Shown here: piece after piece, positions 29,492-38,750 of the stretch
Numbering within the stretch: the stretch's first letter is position 1
Layout of the letters: the number at the start of each line of letters is the position of its first letter
Source of the DNA: an uncultured Acidimicrobiia bacterium
GTDB taxonomy: Bacteria; Actinomycetota; Acidimicrobiia; Spongiisociales; UBA4744
Assembly (NCBI GenBank): GCA_964383535.1
Contig: CAYLHS010000002.1
Span: 4,555-68,554, forward strand
Reading direction: 5' to 3'
DNA length: 64,000 nt
Notes under the pieces: generated by a model
What the model saw: only the letters and a program-made list of their open reading frames with translations
The model's database searches: none
What the model was told of the DNA's origin: nothing
Position numbers and translations under genes: made by a program

Positions 29492-30529
29492 CTAGCCCGG
29501 TTCGACGCCTATCTCGGTTGCCTTGATCGACACCCACACGACCGACCCAGTAGTCAGCTCGAGCGACCGAACGGAGTCCGACGTGACCTCCACGGTCAGG
29601 GGGAGAGGCGTCCCGACGTTCAGCCTCGCACGATCTCCCAGCGATTCGACGAGATCGATCGTCGTCTCCCACGAGTTCCGAGGGCTTCCCTCCGGCCGAC
29701 GGAGGTGCAGTGAAATGGCCCTGGGGTGAATCGTTGCGAGCACGGGACCTGCAATCGTGTGGTCAGCGATGTGGACGACGTGAGAGCCGATGGTGACGGT
29801 GCCCCGCTCGGCGAGGCCCGTGAACAGGTTGGAGCCTGCCAGATCTGCAACGTACGGGGTCCGGGGTCGCAACCGGATGCTCTCGGCGGTGCCACGTTGG
29901 GTGATAGACCCATGTTCGATGACGAGGATCTCGTCGGCGAGCAGAAACGCCTCGCTGGGATCGTGGGTGATCAGCAGCCGCGGCCCATCGAACGCGTCGA
30001 GGTGCTCGGCGAGGGTTCGTCGAAGCCGCGTGCGAGTAGTGACATCGAGTGCAGCAAGCGGTTCGTCGAGGAGCAACACCTCCGGGCGAGTGGCGAGAGC
30101 ACGGGCAAGCGCGACTCGCTGCGCCTGGCCGCCCGACAGCTGATGGGGCTTGAGGTGGGCCACCTCCGAGAGACCGAGCCTTGCCACCCAGTCGTCGACC
30201 ACCCCTTCGCGTTCCGCGCCAAACGCCACGTTCTGGACAACCGTCATGTGAGGAAACAGGATGTAGTCCTGAAACACGACTCCCATGTGCCGCGACTCCG
30301 GTGGAGCGAACACGCCAGCGGCAGGATCATCGAGCACACGGCCGTCGAGTGTCACTCTGCCCTCTTCGAGTGGCAGGAGACCGGCCAATATGGCAACGAT
30401 CGTCGACTTCCCCGCCCCGTTCGGTCCGAGTAGCGCAACGGTCCGTCCGGTGGGCACGGTCATCGCCACGTCGAGTCTGAACCCCGTGCCGTGACCGAAG
30501 ACGATGCGCGCGTCGAGACCGGTCACCAT
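29492..30529 (-). CDS. modC: Molybdate ABC transporter ATP-binding protein with C-terminal MOP/TOBE domain
   Basis: Walker A GPNGAGKST, LSGGQ and Walker B LLLDEP motifs. C-terminal TOBE domain. Overlaps the modB stop by 7 nt. Confidence 0.85.
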   Translation of the reverse strand: MVTGLDARIVFGHGTGFRLDVAMTVPTGRTVALLGPNGAGKSTIVAILAGLLPLEEGRVTLDGRVLDDPAAGVFAPPESRHMGVVFQDYILFPHMTVVQNVAFGAEREGVVDDWVARLGLSEVAHLKPHQLSGGQAQRVALARALATRPEVLLLDEPLAALDVTTRTRLRRTLAEHLDAFDGPRLLITHDPSEAFLLADEILVIEHGSITQRGTAESIRLRPRTPYVADLAGSNLFTGLAERGTVTIGSHVVHIADHTIAGPVLATIHPRAISLHLRRPEGSPRNSWETTIDLVESLGDRARLNVGTPLPLTVEVTSDSVRSLELTTGSVVWVSIKATEIGVEPG

Positions 30530-31311
30530 GTCTTCCACCAACGGTCGCGCAGGGTGACGAGGACGGCCAGCGATATCGCCACCATGACCAGACTCAACGC
30601 GATCGCCGTGTCGCGATTGCTCTCCAATGCGACGAAGACTGCAAGCGGCAGCGTCTGGGTGCGTCCCTGCAGATTGCCCGCGAAGGTGATCGTCGCACCG
30701 AACTCGCCGAGCGCCCGTGCCCAGGTGAGGACGAGTCCGGCTCCAATCGATGGCATGATCATCGGGAGTGTCACTCTGCGCAGGACGGTCCATCGTGTAG
30801 CGCCCAACGTCGCCGCGGCGCCCTCGTATCGCGCGTCGAGGTTGCGCAACGCGCCTTCGACCGTGATGACGAGGAACGGCATGGCGACGAACGTGACGGC
30901 AAGAATGACACCCCAGACCGAGAACGGCAGTACGAGACCCGTCGCCTTGTAGAGAGGCTCTCCCACGAGCCCCCGACGGCCAACTGCGAAGAGCAGTGCC
31001 GCCCCGCCGACTACAGGTGGCAGGACCAGTGGGAGCAGCACCATCCCCCTGAGCAGCGTTCGCCCCGGGAACTCCACCCTGGCGAGCAGCCACGCGAGGG
31101 GAACACCAACGACGGCCGCGATCACCGTCGCACTCAGCGACGAGATCAACGACAGCTTCAGCGCATCCACAACGATCGCGCTGGACAACAGCGATGGGAG
31201 ATCCCGCCACGGCGTTCGTGCGAGCAGACTGATCAGCGGCACGACGAAGACGCCCGCACCGAGTGTCGCGAGCGCGATGAGCAACAGAGGCGGACGGCTC
31301 CGACGGCTCAT
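30523..31311 (-). CDS. modB: Molybdate ABC transporter permease
   Basis: BPD_transp_1 EAA-like loop (ALGEFGATI). 262 aa. ATGA overlap with modA. Confidence 0.85.
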   Translation of the reverse strand: MSRRSRPPLLLIALATLGAGVFVVPLISLLARTPWRDLPSLLSSAIVVDALKLSLISSLSATVIAAVVGVPLAWLLARVEFPGRTLLRGMVLLPLVLPPVVGGAALLFAVGRRGLVGEPLYKATGLVLPFSVWGVILAVTFVAMPFLVITVEGALRNLDARYEGAAATLGATRWTVLRRVTLPMIMPSIGAGLVLTWARALGEFGATITFAGNLQGRTQTLPLAVFVALESNRDTAIALSLVMVAISLAVLVTLRDRWWKTW

Positions 31312-32051
31312 GGTGCAGCGAAGCCGTAGCGCGAGAGGATCGCCTGTCCCGCGTCCGACAGGACGAACTCGACGAACGCGTCGGCTCCTCGGGGATTGGG
31401 GGCCGAGACGAGGGCGGCGATCGGATACCTTGCGACCACATTGTCGGACGCTGGGATCTCGATTCCCTCGACTCGCCCGCCGGCCGACGCGACATCGGTC
31501 ACATACACGATGCCGGCATCCAACTCACCGAGCTCGATCTTGGTGAGCAACGCGCGAACGTCGGGCTCGTTGGAATCGATCGATGGAACGACCCCCGCCT
31601 TCTCGAGTGCCTGGCGACCGAAGTTGCCGCAGGGAACGCCTTCGGCACACAGCCCGATCAGAAGGCCGGGTCGGGAGAAGTCGGCAAGACCGGTCACGCC
31701 GGCAGGGTTGCCGGGCGCTACCGCAATCTCCAGAAGGTTCGATGCGAACACTCGCGGCTCACCCGCGACCTCACCCGCAGCGACCACGCTGTCCATATTG
31801 GACATGTTGGCAGAGGCGAAAACGTCCGCGGGAGCCCCTTCGATGATCTGCTCACGCAGCGCCGAACTCCCGGCGAAGTTGAGTACGACGTCGTTTCCGG
31901 GATAGGCGGCCTCAAACGCCGTCTCGATCTCGGCGAACGCATCGGTGAGTGACGCTGCTGCGGAGACCCGAACCTCCGACGACGATCCGCCACACGAGAC
32001 GATGACCATCGCCAAAACGGCCGGCACGCACAGGGGCAGCGACTTCTTCAC
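31308..32051 (-). CDS. modA: Molybdate ABC transporter substrate-binding lipoprotein
   Basis: Lipobox VSCGG. ModA-like fold motifs (SAAASL, GAPADVFASA). Confidence 0.85.
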   Translation of the reverse strand: MKKSLPLCVPAVLAMVIVSCGGSSSEVRVSAAASLTDAFAEIETAFEAAYPGNDVVLNFAGSSALREQIIEGAPADVFASANMSNMDSVVAAGEVAGEPRVFASNLLEIAVAPGNPAGVTGLADFSRPGLLIGLCAEGVPCGNFGRQALEKAGVVPSIDSNEPDVRALLTKIELGELDAGIVYVTDVASAGGRVEGIEIPASDNVVARYPIAALVSAPNPRGADAFVEFVLSDAGQAILSRYGFAAP

Positions 32052-32133
32052 GGGCCGGAAGGTAGCAGCGGCAGGCTACGGGGCTGCACGCGAGTCGGTC
32101 GGCTACTCGCGCAAGAGCTGCTTGACTCGTGAC

Positions 32134-33351
32134 ATGTCATCGACATGGCCACTGGTAGCCGTCCTCGTCGTGGCGTTCCTCGGGGCGATGTTCTTGGCAG
32201 CGTCCGAGACCGCCCTGCTTCGCATCAGCAAGGCACGGGCCTCCATGCTCCGCCACCAGAGCGGCCGTCGGGGGGTCAGGCTCGCCGTGCTGATCGGCGA
32301 TCTTCCACGCGTGCTCAACACCATCCTCCTGCTCGAACTCCTGGCACAGATCGCGTCCGCGACCGTGACTGGAATGCTCGCCGCGCAGTGGTTCGGATCG
32401 GTAGGGGTGACGGTCGCATCGATCGTGCTCACGATGCTGCTCTTCGTCTACGCGGAGGCAATTCCGAAGACATTCGCGGTCCGGCACGCGGACAGGGTTG
32501 CCCTTCGGGTCGCGTCGGCCGTCTCTTTGCTCGCCGCACTGATGAGACCGATCGTGTCGGTGCTGGTGTGGGTGGCGGATCTCCAGGCTCCCGGAAAGGG
32601 CATCGCGGCGTCACCAACGATCACCGAGCACGAGCTTCGGTGGCTCGCACGGAGCGCGGCCGCCGAAGGTGAGATCGACGTGACCGACAGGGAGATGATC
32701 GAACGGGCGTTTCGATTCGGTGATCGAAGGGCCGACGACATCATGGTTCCCAGGACCGACATCGTTGGAGTCCCCTCGGCCAGCACCATCGAGCAGGCGA
32801 TCCACGTCGCCATCGAGTCGGGACACAGACACCTGCTCGTGTACCAGGGGACCCTCGATGACATCCTCGGTGTCGTGTCGCTGCGTGTCCTCGTAGCCGT
32901 ACCGGCGGACCGCCGAGCCATCACCGTCGATCATCTGTTGTCGCGCCCTCTGACCGTCCCCAGGTCGAAGCACATCACTGCCCTTCTGCGCGAGATGCAG
33001 TCCGATGGGACACACCTCGCAGTCGTGATCGATGAGTATGGGGGAACGGCCGGGCTGGTCACGATCGAGGATATCGCCGAGGAGCTGATCGGCTCGGTCA
33101 CCCAAGACGAGCTGATTCGAACCGGCGACTCGACATGGTCGGTGGCCGGCCTCCTTCCTGCGGAAGACCTCAGGGATGCGTTGGGTGCAGATCTTCCAGA
33201 CGGCGACTGGAACACAGTGGGCGGACTCGTTGTCGGGCTCCTCGAACGACTCCCCCGTCTGGGTGATGAAGTGACCGCAGCGGGCTATCGGTTCCGAATC
33301 ACGTCGATGCGTGGACACCGTATCCACCGCATCGAGGTGACCGCGGTATGA
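32134..33351 (+). CDS. CNNM/HlyC-CorC family protein (DUF21 + CBS pair + CorC_HlyC transporter-associated domain)
   Basis: N-terminal 4-TM DUF21. Two CBS domains. C-terminal CorC_HlyC domain. Confidence 0.8.
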   Translation: MSSTWPLVAVLVVAFLGAMFLAASETALLRISKARASMLRHQSGRRGVRLAVLIGDLPRVLNTILLLELLAQIASATVTGMLAAQWFGSVGVTVASIVLTMLLFVYAEAIPKTFAVRHADRVALRVASAVSLLAALMRPIVSVLVWVADLQAPGKGIAASPTITEHELRWLARSAAAEGEIDVTDREMIERAFRFGDRRADDIMVPRTDIVGVPSASTIEQAIHVAIESGHRHLLVYQGTLDDILGVVSLRVLVAVPADRRAITVDHLLSRPLTVPRSKHITALLREMQSDGTHLAVVIDEYGGTAGLVTIEDIAEELIGSVTQDELIRTGDSTWSVAGLLPAEDLRDALGADLPDGDWNTVGGLVVGLLERLPRLGDEVTAAGYRFRITSMRGHRIHRIEVTAV

Positions 33352-33354
33352 GCG

Positions 33355-34482
33355 TCAGTATCTGAGGACGGCTGCAGCGACTGTTCCTTCCGGCGCGCCG
33401 AGGTACACCGAGCCTCCGTGGCGCCACGTCTCGACAACCGACATATCCACAAGATCTCGATCGCCAGGCCGATAGGCCTCGTGCTGGGCAACCAAGCCCT
33501 CTGCGGCGGTTCCCCACACCGTGACTGCGGGGTCGACGAACAGGCTGGCAACACGACCGTCTCGCGCCGCGCGCACCACTCCTTCGATGGTTCGTTCGGC
33601 CGGGGCGGCTCCGCTCGCGAGGGTCAGCCGTACAGCATCCCTCTCCCTGTCGAAGAAGGAACCGGCGATCTGCCACGCACGCGCTCGCAGCCCTTCGTCT
33701 CGAACGACGTCCGGGTTGCCCACGACCTCACCCTCGAGTATCAGCGGATGCCGGCTCGCCGCCCGGTAGATGGGCAGAAGGTACTCGACACCGGCGAGCA
33801 CGAGCGGGACGTCCGGCTCGATCAACGCGGCAACCCCTCGGTCGATCGTTCTGAAGAATCGATCGAGGCGCCTGTCGTCAGTTTCCTTGCCCATGCCCTG
33901 GCCGTGGAAGATCGCCGTCGGACTCCCGCGACCACTCACCCCCGACTGATGAAACTGAAGCTGGCGTTCGAGGTCTTCGTGTTGCAGCACTTCAGACATG
34001 CTGGTCGGAAGCCCTCCGACATCGATCTCGCCGACCTCGAACCTCGTTGCCCAGAGGAGTCGCACCCGATGTCGACTGAGCGCGAGCACATAGACTCGCG
34101 CACCGCTGCTGATCACCTCGAGGAGCGGCTTGACGTGGAAACCGTCACCAACGGTCACACGCTCCTCGAAAGAAACCGGCAGCCGAAACGTGTGGAGCTG
34201 GTCGGCCGACAAGAACGCCGCAAGCCCGTCGCCCTGATGCTGCCAGAACGCCGAGTCAGCAATCAGATCGACAATCGGCTTCAAGAGCCGATCTGCTTCA
34301 GGTCCTCTCTTGCCCGTTTCCTCGACGAGCATCCTGCGCGCTTCTCTGGCGAGGTTCTTCATGCGGATCGGATCCTGCTGGATCTCGGGCCCGGCCCGAT
34401 GAGTTGGCAAGTAGATGGAGATCGCCGGGGAGGCTCTCACATCGACGAGGGTCCCGAAACTCTCGCGGCTCACGACGTCCAT
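33355..34482 (-). CDS. eRF1/Pelota-like (baeRF-type) protein with HGQG motif; function unknown
   Basis: 376 aa. GAAGGGAG RBS. FHGQGMGKE loop resembling the release-factor GGQ motif. Divergent from an RsiV-like lipoprotein. Confidence 0.5.
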   Translation of the reverse strand: MDVVSRESFGTLVDVRASPAISIYLPTHRAGPEIQQDPIRMKNLAREARRMLVEETGKRGPEADRLLKPIVDLIADSAFWQHQGDGLAAFLSADQLHTFRLPVSFEERVTVGDGFHVKPLLEVISSGARVYVLALSRHRVRLLWATRFEVGEIDVGGLPTSMSEVLQHEDLERQLQFHQSGVSGRGSPTAIFHGQGMGKETDDRRLDRFFRTIDRGVAALIEPDVPLVLAGVEYLLPIYRAASRHPLILEGEVVGNPDVVRDEGLRARAWQIAGSFFDRERDAVRLTLASGAAPAERTIEGVVRAARDGRVASLFVDPAVTVWGTAAEGLVAQHEAYRPGDRDLVDMSVVETWRHGGSVYLGAPEGTVAAAVLRY

Positions 34483-34539
34483 GGATCTCCCTTCGCGGGC
34501 CACCACCTCCAAACCTACACGTGGCGATACAGTGGAGGG

Positions 34540-35328
34540 ATGCGACGCCTCATCCTCATCGCAGTCGTTGTCGCGACGGGTTGCACCGTCAGCCCCTCTT
34601 CGACGACCCTGCCGAACTCTGCCCCGACAACGACGTCGACGACAACCCCCGCGACCACGACCAGCACGACGTCGATGCCCACCACCACGACCACGACCGC
34701 GACCCAACCAACGACAACCACCGCGCCGGCACCGGATGTCCTCACACAGACTCGATCCGACGAATCGGCGACCTTCCAGCTGACCGTGAACTCCCCCATC
34801 GTCGAGCATGTCGACAAAGCCGCTCAGATCAACGAACGGATCGCACAGACGATCGGCGAGACCGTTGACGCATTCCTCGTTCAAGCGGCGCGGACGGGCG
34901 TGGAAAACGTCGCTGGCCCCCATCAGCTCCACGTCTCCTATCGGACGGGCACGGTGACTCCTACCCTGTTGAGCCTGGAAATCGACGTCTCCACATACAT
35001 CTCCGGAGCGGCACATCCCTCCGAGACGGTCTCCGCCTTGACGTTCATCGACGGAAACCAGACCAGCGTCTCGGACCACATCACCAACACCGATGAGGTT
35101 GCCAATGCACTCGCGACCTCGATCGCCCAGCAGTTCGGAGGCACCCCTGTCGAAGTCATCGACGCCGTAGGCGGAGCTGATCAGCTTCTCGAGCTTGCCA
35201 ACTTCCTCGTCACGGACGGCGGGGTCATCGCCTTGTTCGACCAGTATGCAGTGGCTCCCGGCGCTGCCGGCATCGTGCGAGTGATGATCCCGTTCGACCA
35301 ACTCACCCTCTCCGGGTGGCCCTCCTGA
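34540..35328 (+). CDS. Lipoprotein with Thr/Ser/Pro-rich linker and RsiV-like DUF4163/DUF3298 domains
   Basis: MRRLILIAVVVATGCT lipobox. About 50-aa TTTST low-complexity linker. C-terminal FDQYAVAPGAAG motif typical of DUF3298. Confidence 0.6.
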   Translation: MRRLILIAVVVATGCTVSPSSTTLPNSAPTTTSTTTPATTTSTTSMPTTTTTTATQPTTTTAPAPDVLTQTRSDESATFQLTVNSPIVEHVDKAAQINERIAQTIGETVDAFLVQAARTGVENVAGPHQLHVSYRTGTVTPTLLSLEIDVSTYISGAAHPSETVSALTFIDGNQTSVSDHITNTDEVANALATSIAQQFGGTPVEVIDAVGGADQLLELANFLVTDGGVIALFDQYAVAPGAAGIVRVMIPFDQLTLSGWPS

Positions 35329-35355
35329 CAAGGACCGGCGGTATCCTCAGCTACC

Positions 35356-37080
35356 GTGAGACAAGCCCTGATGGCAACCTTGCTCGTCGTTGCCACGGCG
35401 TGCACCCCCGTATCAACGGCGGGCACCGCCACCTCACGTGCGAGCACGTCTACGACATCGACGACCTCGACTCCGACGTCCACCACTTCCGCGCCGACCA
35501 CGACCGTCCTACCAACAACCACGACCGCCCCACCAACAACCGCGACGATCGCCCCACCAAGCGGGGGCAACTGGGACGATCGGGTCTTCTACGAGATCTT
35601 CGTACGGTCGTTCATGGATTCGGACGGCGACGGCATCGGGGACTTCAACGGCATCACCTCGAAGCTCGACTACCTCAACGACGGCGATCCTTCCACGACA
35701 ACCGACCTCGGGGTCACCGGCATCTGGCTGATGCCGATCTTCGTATCACCGTCGTACCACGGGTACGACGTGATCGACTACACAGACGTGAACCCGGACT
35801 ACGGCACGCTCGACGATCTGCGGAATCTGGTGAATGAGGCGCACAAAAGGGGCATCGCCGTCATCCTCGACTTCCCCATCAATCACACGTCGCAATACAA
35901 CCCGTGGTTTCAGAAGTCGCAGGCGGGCGACGCTGAGTACACGGATTGGTACATCTGGTCCGATACCGACCCCGGAACCCGCGGACCGTGGGGCGAAAAG
36001 GTGTGGTACCGGACCGGCGACCACTACTACTTCGCCTTGTTCGCCTCGAACATGCCCGACCTGAACCTCCGGAACGACGACGTGACCAGCGAGCTGTACG
36101 ACATCGCAGACTTCTGGCTTGCCCTCGGTGTCGACGGATTCCGGCTCGATGCGGCCCAACACCTCATCGAGGACGGCTCCATCATGGAGAACACACCCGA
36201 GACCAAGCAATGGCTCGCTGCGTTCGATGAACACATCCACGAGGTAGCCCCTGACTCATTCATCATCGGCGAAGTATGGAACTCGACCGATGTGTCCGCT
36301 TCGTACGTCCCCGAATCCGTCGACTCGACATTCGAGTTCGACCTGTCGGACGCCTGGCTCCAGGCAGCGAAGGACGGCCATGCGCCTCCATTCGACGAGG
36401 CTCTGGCCACCGCCCTCGCCGACTACCCCGTCGATTCGTTCGGCACGTTTCTGACGAATCACGACATGAACCGAGTCATGAGCCAGCTCGCCGCGAACAT
36501 CGACCTGGCCGAGCTGTCGGCAACATGGCTCCTGACCGGTCCCGGCATCCCGTTTCTCTACTACGGCGAGGAGGTAGGCCTCCGAGGCATCAAGCCGGAT
36601 CCACAGATCCGCACGCCGATGCCGTGGACGTCCGAGAAAGGACGGGTCGGATTCACCACGGGAGTGCCGTGGGAGCTCCCCTGGACCGGGTACGACACGT
36701 TCAACGTCGCTGATGAGACCGGTGATCCCGACTCCCTGCTCAGCACGTACCGAACGCTGATCCACTTGCGTGAAGCCACACCTGCCCTTGACCACGGCAC
36801 CACGATGCTGGTGGAGGCCGGCTCCGAGCATCTCGTCTCCTATCTTCGATCAGAGGGAACCGGCCATGTGCTCGTCGTCCTCAACTTGTCGAAGGATCCC
36901 GTCTCGGACTACGGGCTGACGCTCACATCAGGACCACTTGCCGACGCGGTGAAGACCGAGTCCCTGGTCGGACCGAACGCCTCGACGCCGGAAGTGACCG
37001 ACGGTGGATTCAATGGATACAGGCCCGTCGGGAGCGTGGCAGGCTACGGCAGGTTGGTGATCGATCTCAGCGATCGGTGA
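35356..37080 (+). CDS. GH13 alpha-amylase family lipoprotein (alpha-glucosidase/trehalose synthase-like)
   Basis: Lipobox VVATACT plus Thr/Ser/Pro linker. GH13 regions I-IV (DFPINH, GFRLDAAQH, EVWN, FLTNHD). Confidence 0.85.
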   Translation: MRQALMATLLVVATACTPVSTAGTATSRASTSTTSTTSTPTSTTSAPTTTVLPTTTTAPPTTATIAPPSGGNWDDRVFYEIFVRSFMDSDGDGIGDFNGITSKLDYLNDGDPSTTTDLGVTGIWLMPIFVSPSYHGYDVIDYTDVNPDYGTLDDLRNLVNEAHKRGIAVILDFPINHTSQYNPWFQKSQAGDAEYTDWYIWSDTDPGTRGPWGEKVWYRTGDHYYFALFASNMPDLNLRNDDVTSELYDIADFWLALGVDGFRLDAAQHLIEDGSIMENTPETKQWLAAFDEHIHEVAPDSFIIGEVWNSTDVSASYVPESVDSTFEFDLSDAWLQAAKDGHAPPFDEALATALADYPVDSFGTFLTNHDMNRVMSQLAANIDLAELSATWLLTGPGIPFLYYGEEVGLRGIKPDPQIRTPMPWTSEKGRVGFTTGVPWELPWTGYDTFNVADETGDPDSLLSTYRTLIHLREATPALDHGTTMLVEAGSEHLVSYLRSEGTGHVLVVLNLSKDPVSDYGLTLTSGPLADAVKTESLVGPNASTPEVTDGGFNGYRPVGSVAGYGRLVIDLSDR

Positions 37081-37852
37081 ACTCGGCAATCACGGGTGCG
37101 TGGTCGCTCGGCTTGCCTTCACCGGCCGTCGGTCTGCGCTCGTTTCGGTCGACCCGCACCTCGGTGCAGCGGTGGGCGAGTGACAGTGTGCCGAGGATGA
37201 GATCGATGCGCAGGCCGAGGCCCCGATGGAAGGCTCCTCCCCTGTAGTCCCACCAGGTGAACGGACCGTTCTGGTCGTCGTGGATGCGTAGGAGATCGAC
37301 GAACCCCCAGTCCATCATGGCTCTCAGGCGTCTGCGCTCCGCTTCGGAATGGTGCACCTGGCCGGATAGGAGCTCCGGATCGTAGACGTCCCGGTCGTCA
37401 GGGGTGATGTTGAAGTCCCCGGCGATAACGACGTTGCCACCGGGATCGAACGTCTCGGCGATCCACCTTTGGAGCGCCTCGAGCCACGCCAGCTTGACCT
37501 CGTACATCGGATCAGAGAGGTCGCGTCCATTGACGACATACGCGCTGATAGTCGTCAGGTCACCGAAAGTTGCAGCGATGACCCTTGCTTCGTCCGAGAT
37601 CGGGTCATCGGTGAATCCCGTCGTAGTCGCGTCAGGTTCGGCACGCGAGAGGATCGCCACGCCATTGAACGGCGCCTGTCCGTGTGTGACCGCGTGGTAT
37701 CCGGCCGCCTGAATCTCGAGAAACGGAAAGTCGTGGTCGAGGAGTTTGGTCTCTTGCAGTAACAGGAAATCGGGCTGCTCCCGCGCCAGGAGGGCAAGGA
37801 CCCTCGGGAGGCGGGCGCGTAGGGAATTGACATTCCACGTGATGAGCCGCAT
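37067..37852 (-). CDS. xthA: Exodeoxyribonuclease III
   Basis: MRLITWNVNSLRAR N-terminus. EEP fold motifs (QETK, GDFN, SDHAPV). Confidence 0.85.
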   Translation of the reverse strand: MRLITWNVNSLRARLPRVLALLAREQPDFLLLQETKLLDHDFPFLEIQAAGYHAVTHGQAPFNGVAILSRAEPDATTTGFTDDPISDEARVIAATFGDLTTISAYVVNGRDLSDPMYEVKLAWLEALQRWIAETFDPGGNVVIAGDFNITPDDRDVYDPELLSGQVHHSEAERRRLRAMMDWGFVDLLRIHDDQNGPFTWWDYRGGAFHRGLGLRIDLILGTLSLAHRCTEVRVDRNERRPTAGEGKPSDHAPVIAEFTDR

Positions 37853-37997
37853 GAGCAGGAGGGTAGTTGACGGTTGCGTCGGGCCGGACCAGGCAGTATG
37901 CACCTGTCACTTGATGCCAGTCGTCGAGACCGAATGCCTCGGTATTGCCTACTCCTCGCTCTAGGGTTGCCAGTCGAGACCCAAGCAGGTGTGTGTG

Positions 37998-38750
37998 ATG
38001 AGGCGGATGGTGGCCACGGACATGGACGGAACGTTCATCGGCGACGACGACACGATGCACGTACTTTGGGACGACCTCCAAGCCGCCGACATCACCCTCA
38101 CCTTCTCGACCGGTCGCAACATTCCTGCCATCGAGACCTTCTATGCAGACCACGATGAGGATCGCCGCGCGATTGCGTGCGTGTGCATGGTCGGCACGGA
38201 GGTCTGGTTCTTCGACGGCGGCCAGTACCGTCTGGATCCTGGCTGGAGTGACTACATCTCCGAAGCGTGGGACAAGGATGCCGTCGAAGACATCCTGCGC
38301 GAGCTGCCCGGCGCACACATCCAGGAAGCGGAGTGGCAATCTCCCTTCAAGGCCTCGTACTTCCTCGAAGACGACGCCGACGCAGGTCTCGCCCACATCC
38401 AACGGCGCCTCGACGAACTCGGCCTTCGGGCCAAGGTGATCTACTCGGCCGGCAAGTTCCTCGACTTGCTCCCCCACCGATCCGGCAAAGGAGGCGCGGT
38501 TCGCTATCTGGCCGAGCAACTCGGCATGGACCAGGTCGTTGTCGCTGGGGACACCGGCAACGATCTCGACATGATGCGTGCCGATCTCGGCTTCAGCTGC
38601 ATCGCTGTCGGCAACGCCACCGAAGAACTCGCATCGGTCCACGAACCGCAGATCTACCATGCAGACGCACCTTACGCGGCGGGGATTCGCGAGGGATTGG
38701 AGCACTACGGCTGGCTTTCTCCACAAGATGTGGGCAAAGATGGCCGATAG
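37998..38750 (+). CDS. HAD-IIB phosphatase, sucrose-6F-phosphate phosphohydrolase (S6PP)-like
   Basis: DMDGTF motif I. GDTGNDLDM motif IV. Immediately upstream of and overlapping an SPS-like GT4 gene. Confidence 0.7.
   Translation: MRRMVATDMDGTFIGDDDTMHVLWDDLQAADITLTFSTGRNIPAIETFYADHDEDRRAIACVCMVGTEVWFFDGGQYRLDPGWSDYISEAWDKDAVEDILRELPGAHIQEAEWQSPFKASYFLEDDADAGLAHIQRRLDELGLRAKVIYSAGKFLDLLPHRSGKGGAVRYLAEQLGMDQVVVAGDTGNDLDMMRADLGFSCIAVGNATEELASVHEPQIYHADAPYAAGIREGLEHYGWLSPQDVGKDGR

Noticed and set aside
29492-31495. 667-aa ORF spanning modC and beyond.
   Set aside because: Run-through. Homology to ModC begins at MVTGLD (start 30529). The upstream part is antisense/out-of-frame to modB and modA, which are clearly encoded in other frames.
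33355-35331. Two about 640-aa ORFs overlapping almost completely on opposite strands (33355..35331 minus and 33418..35328 plus).
   Set aside because: Each is only half real. The minus gene is genuine up to its ATG at 34482 (RBS GAAGGGAG). The plus gene is genuine from its ATG at 34540 (lipoprotein signal peptide). The remainder of each ORF is Arg/Gly-rich antisense read-through typical of high-GC DNA.
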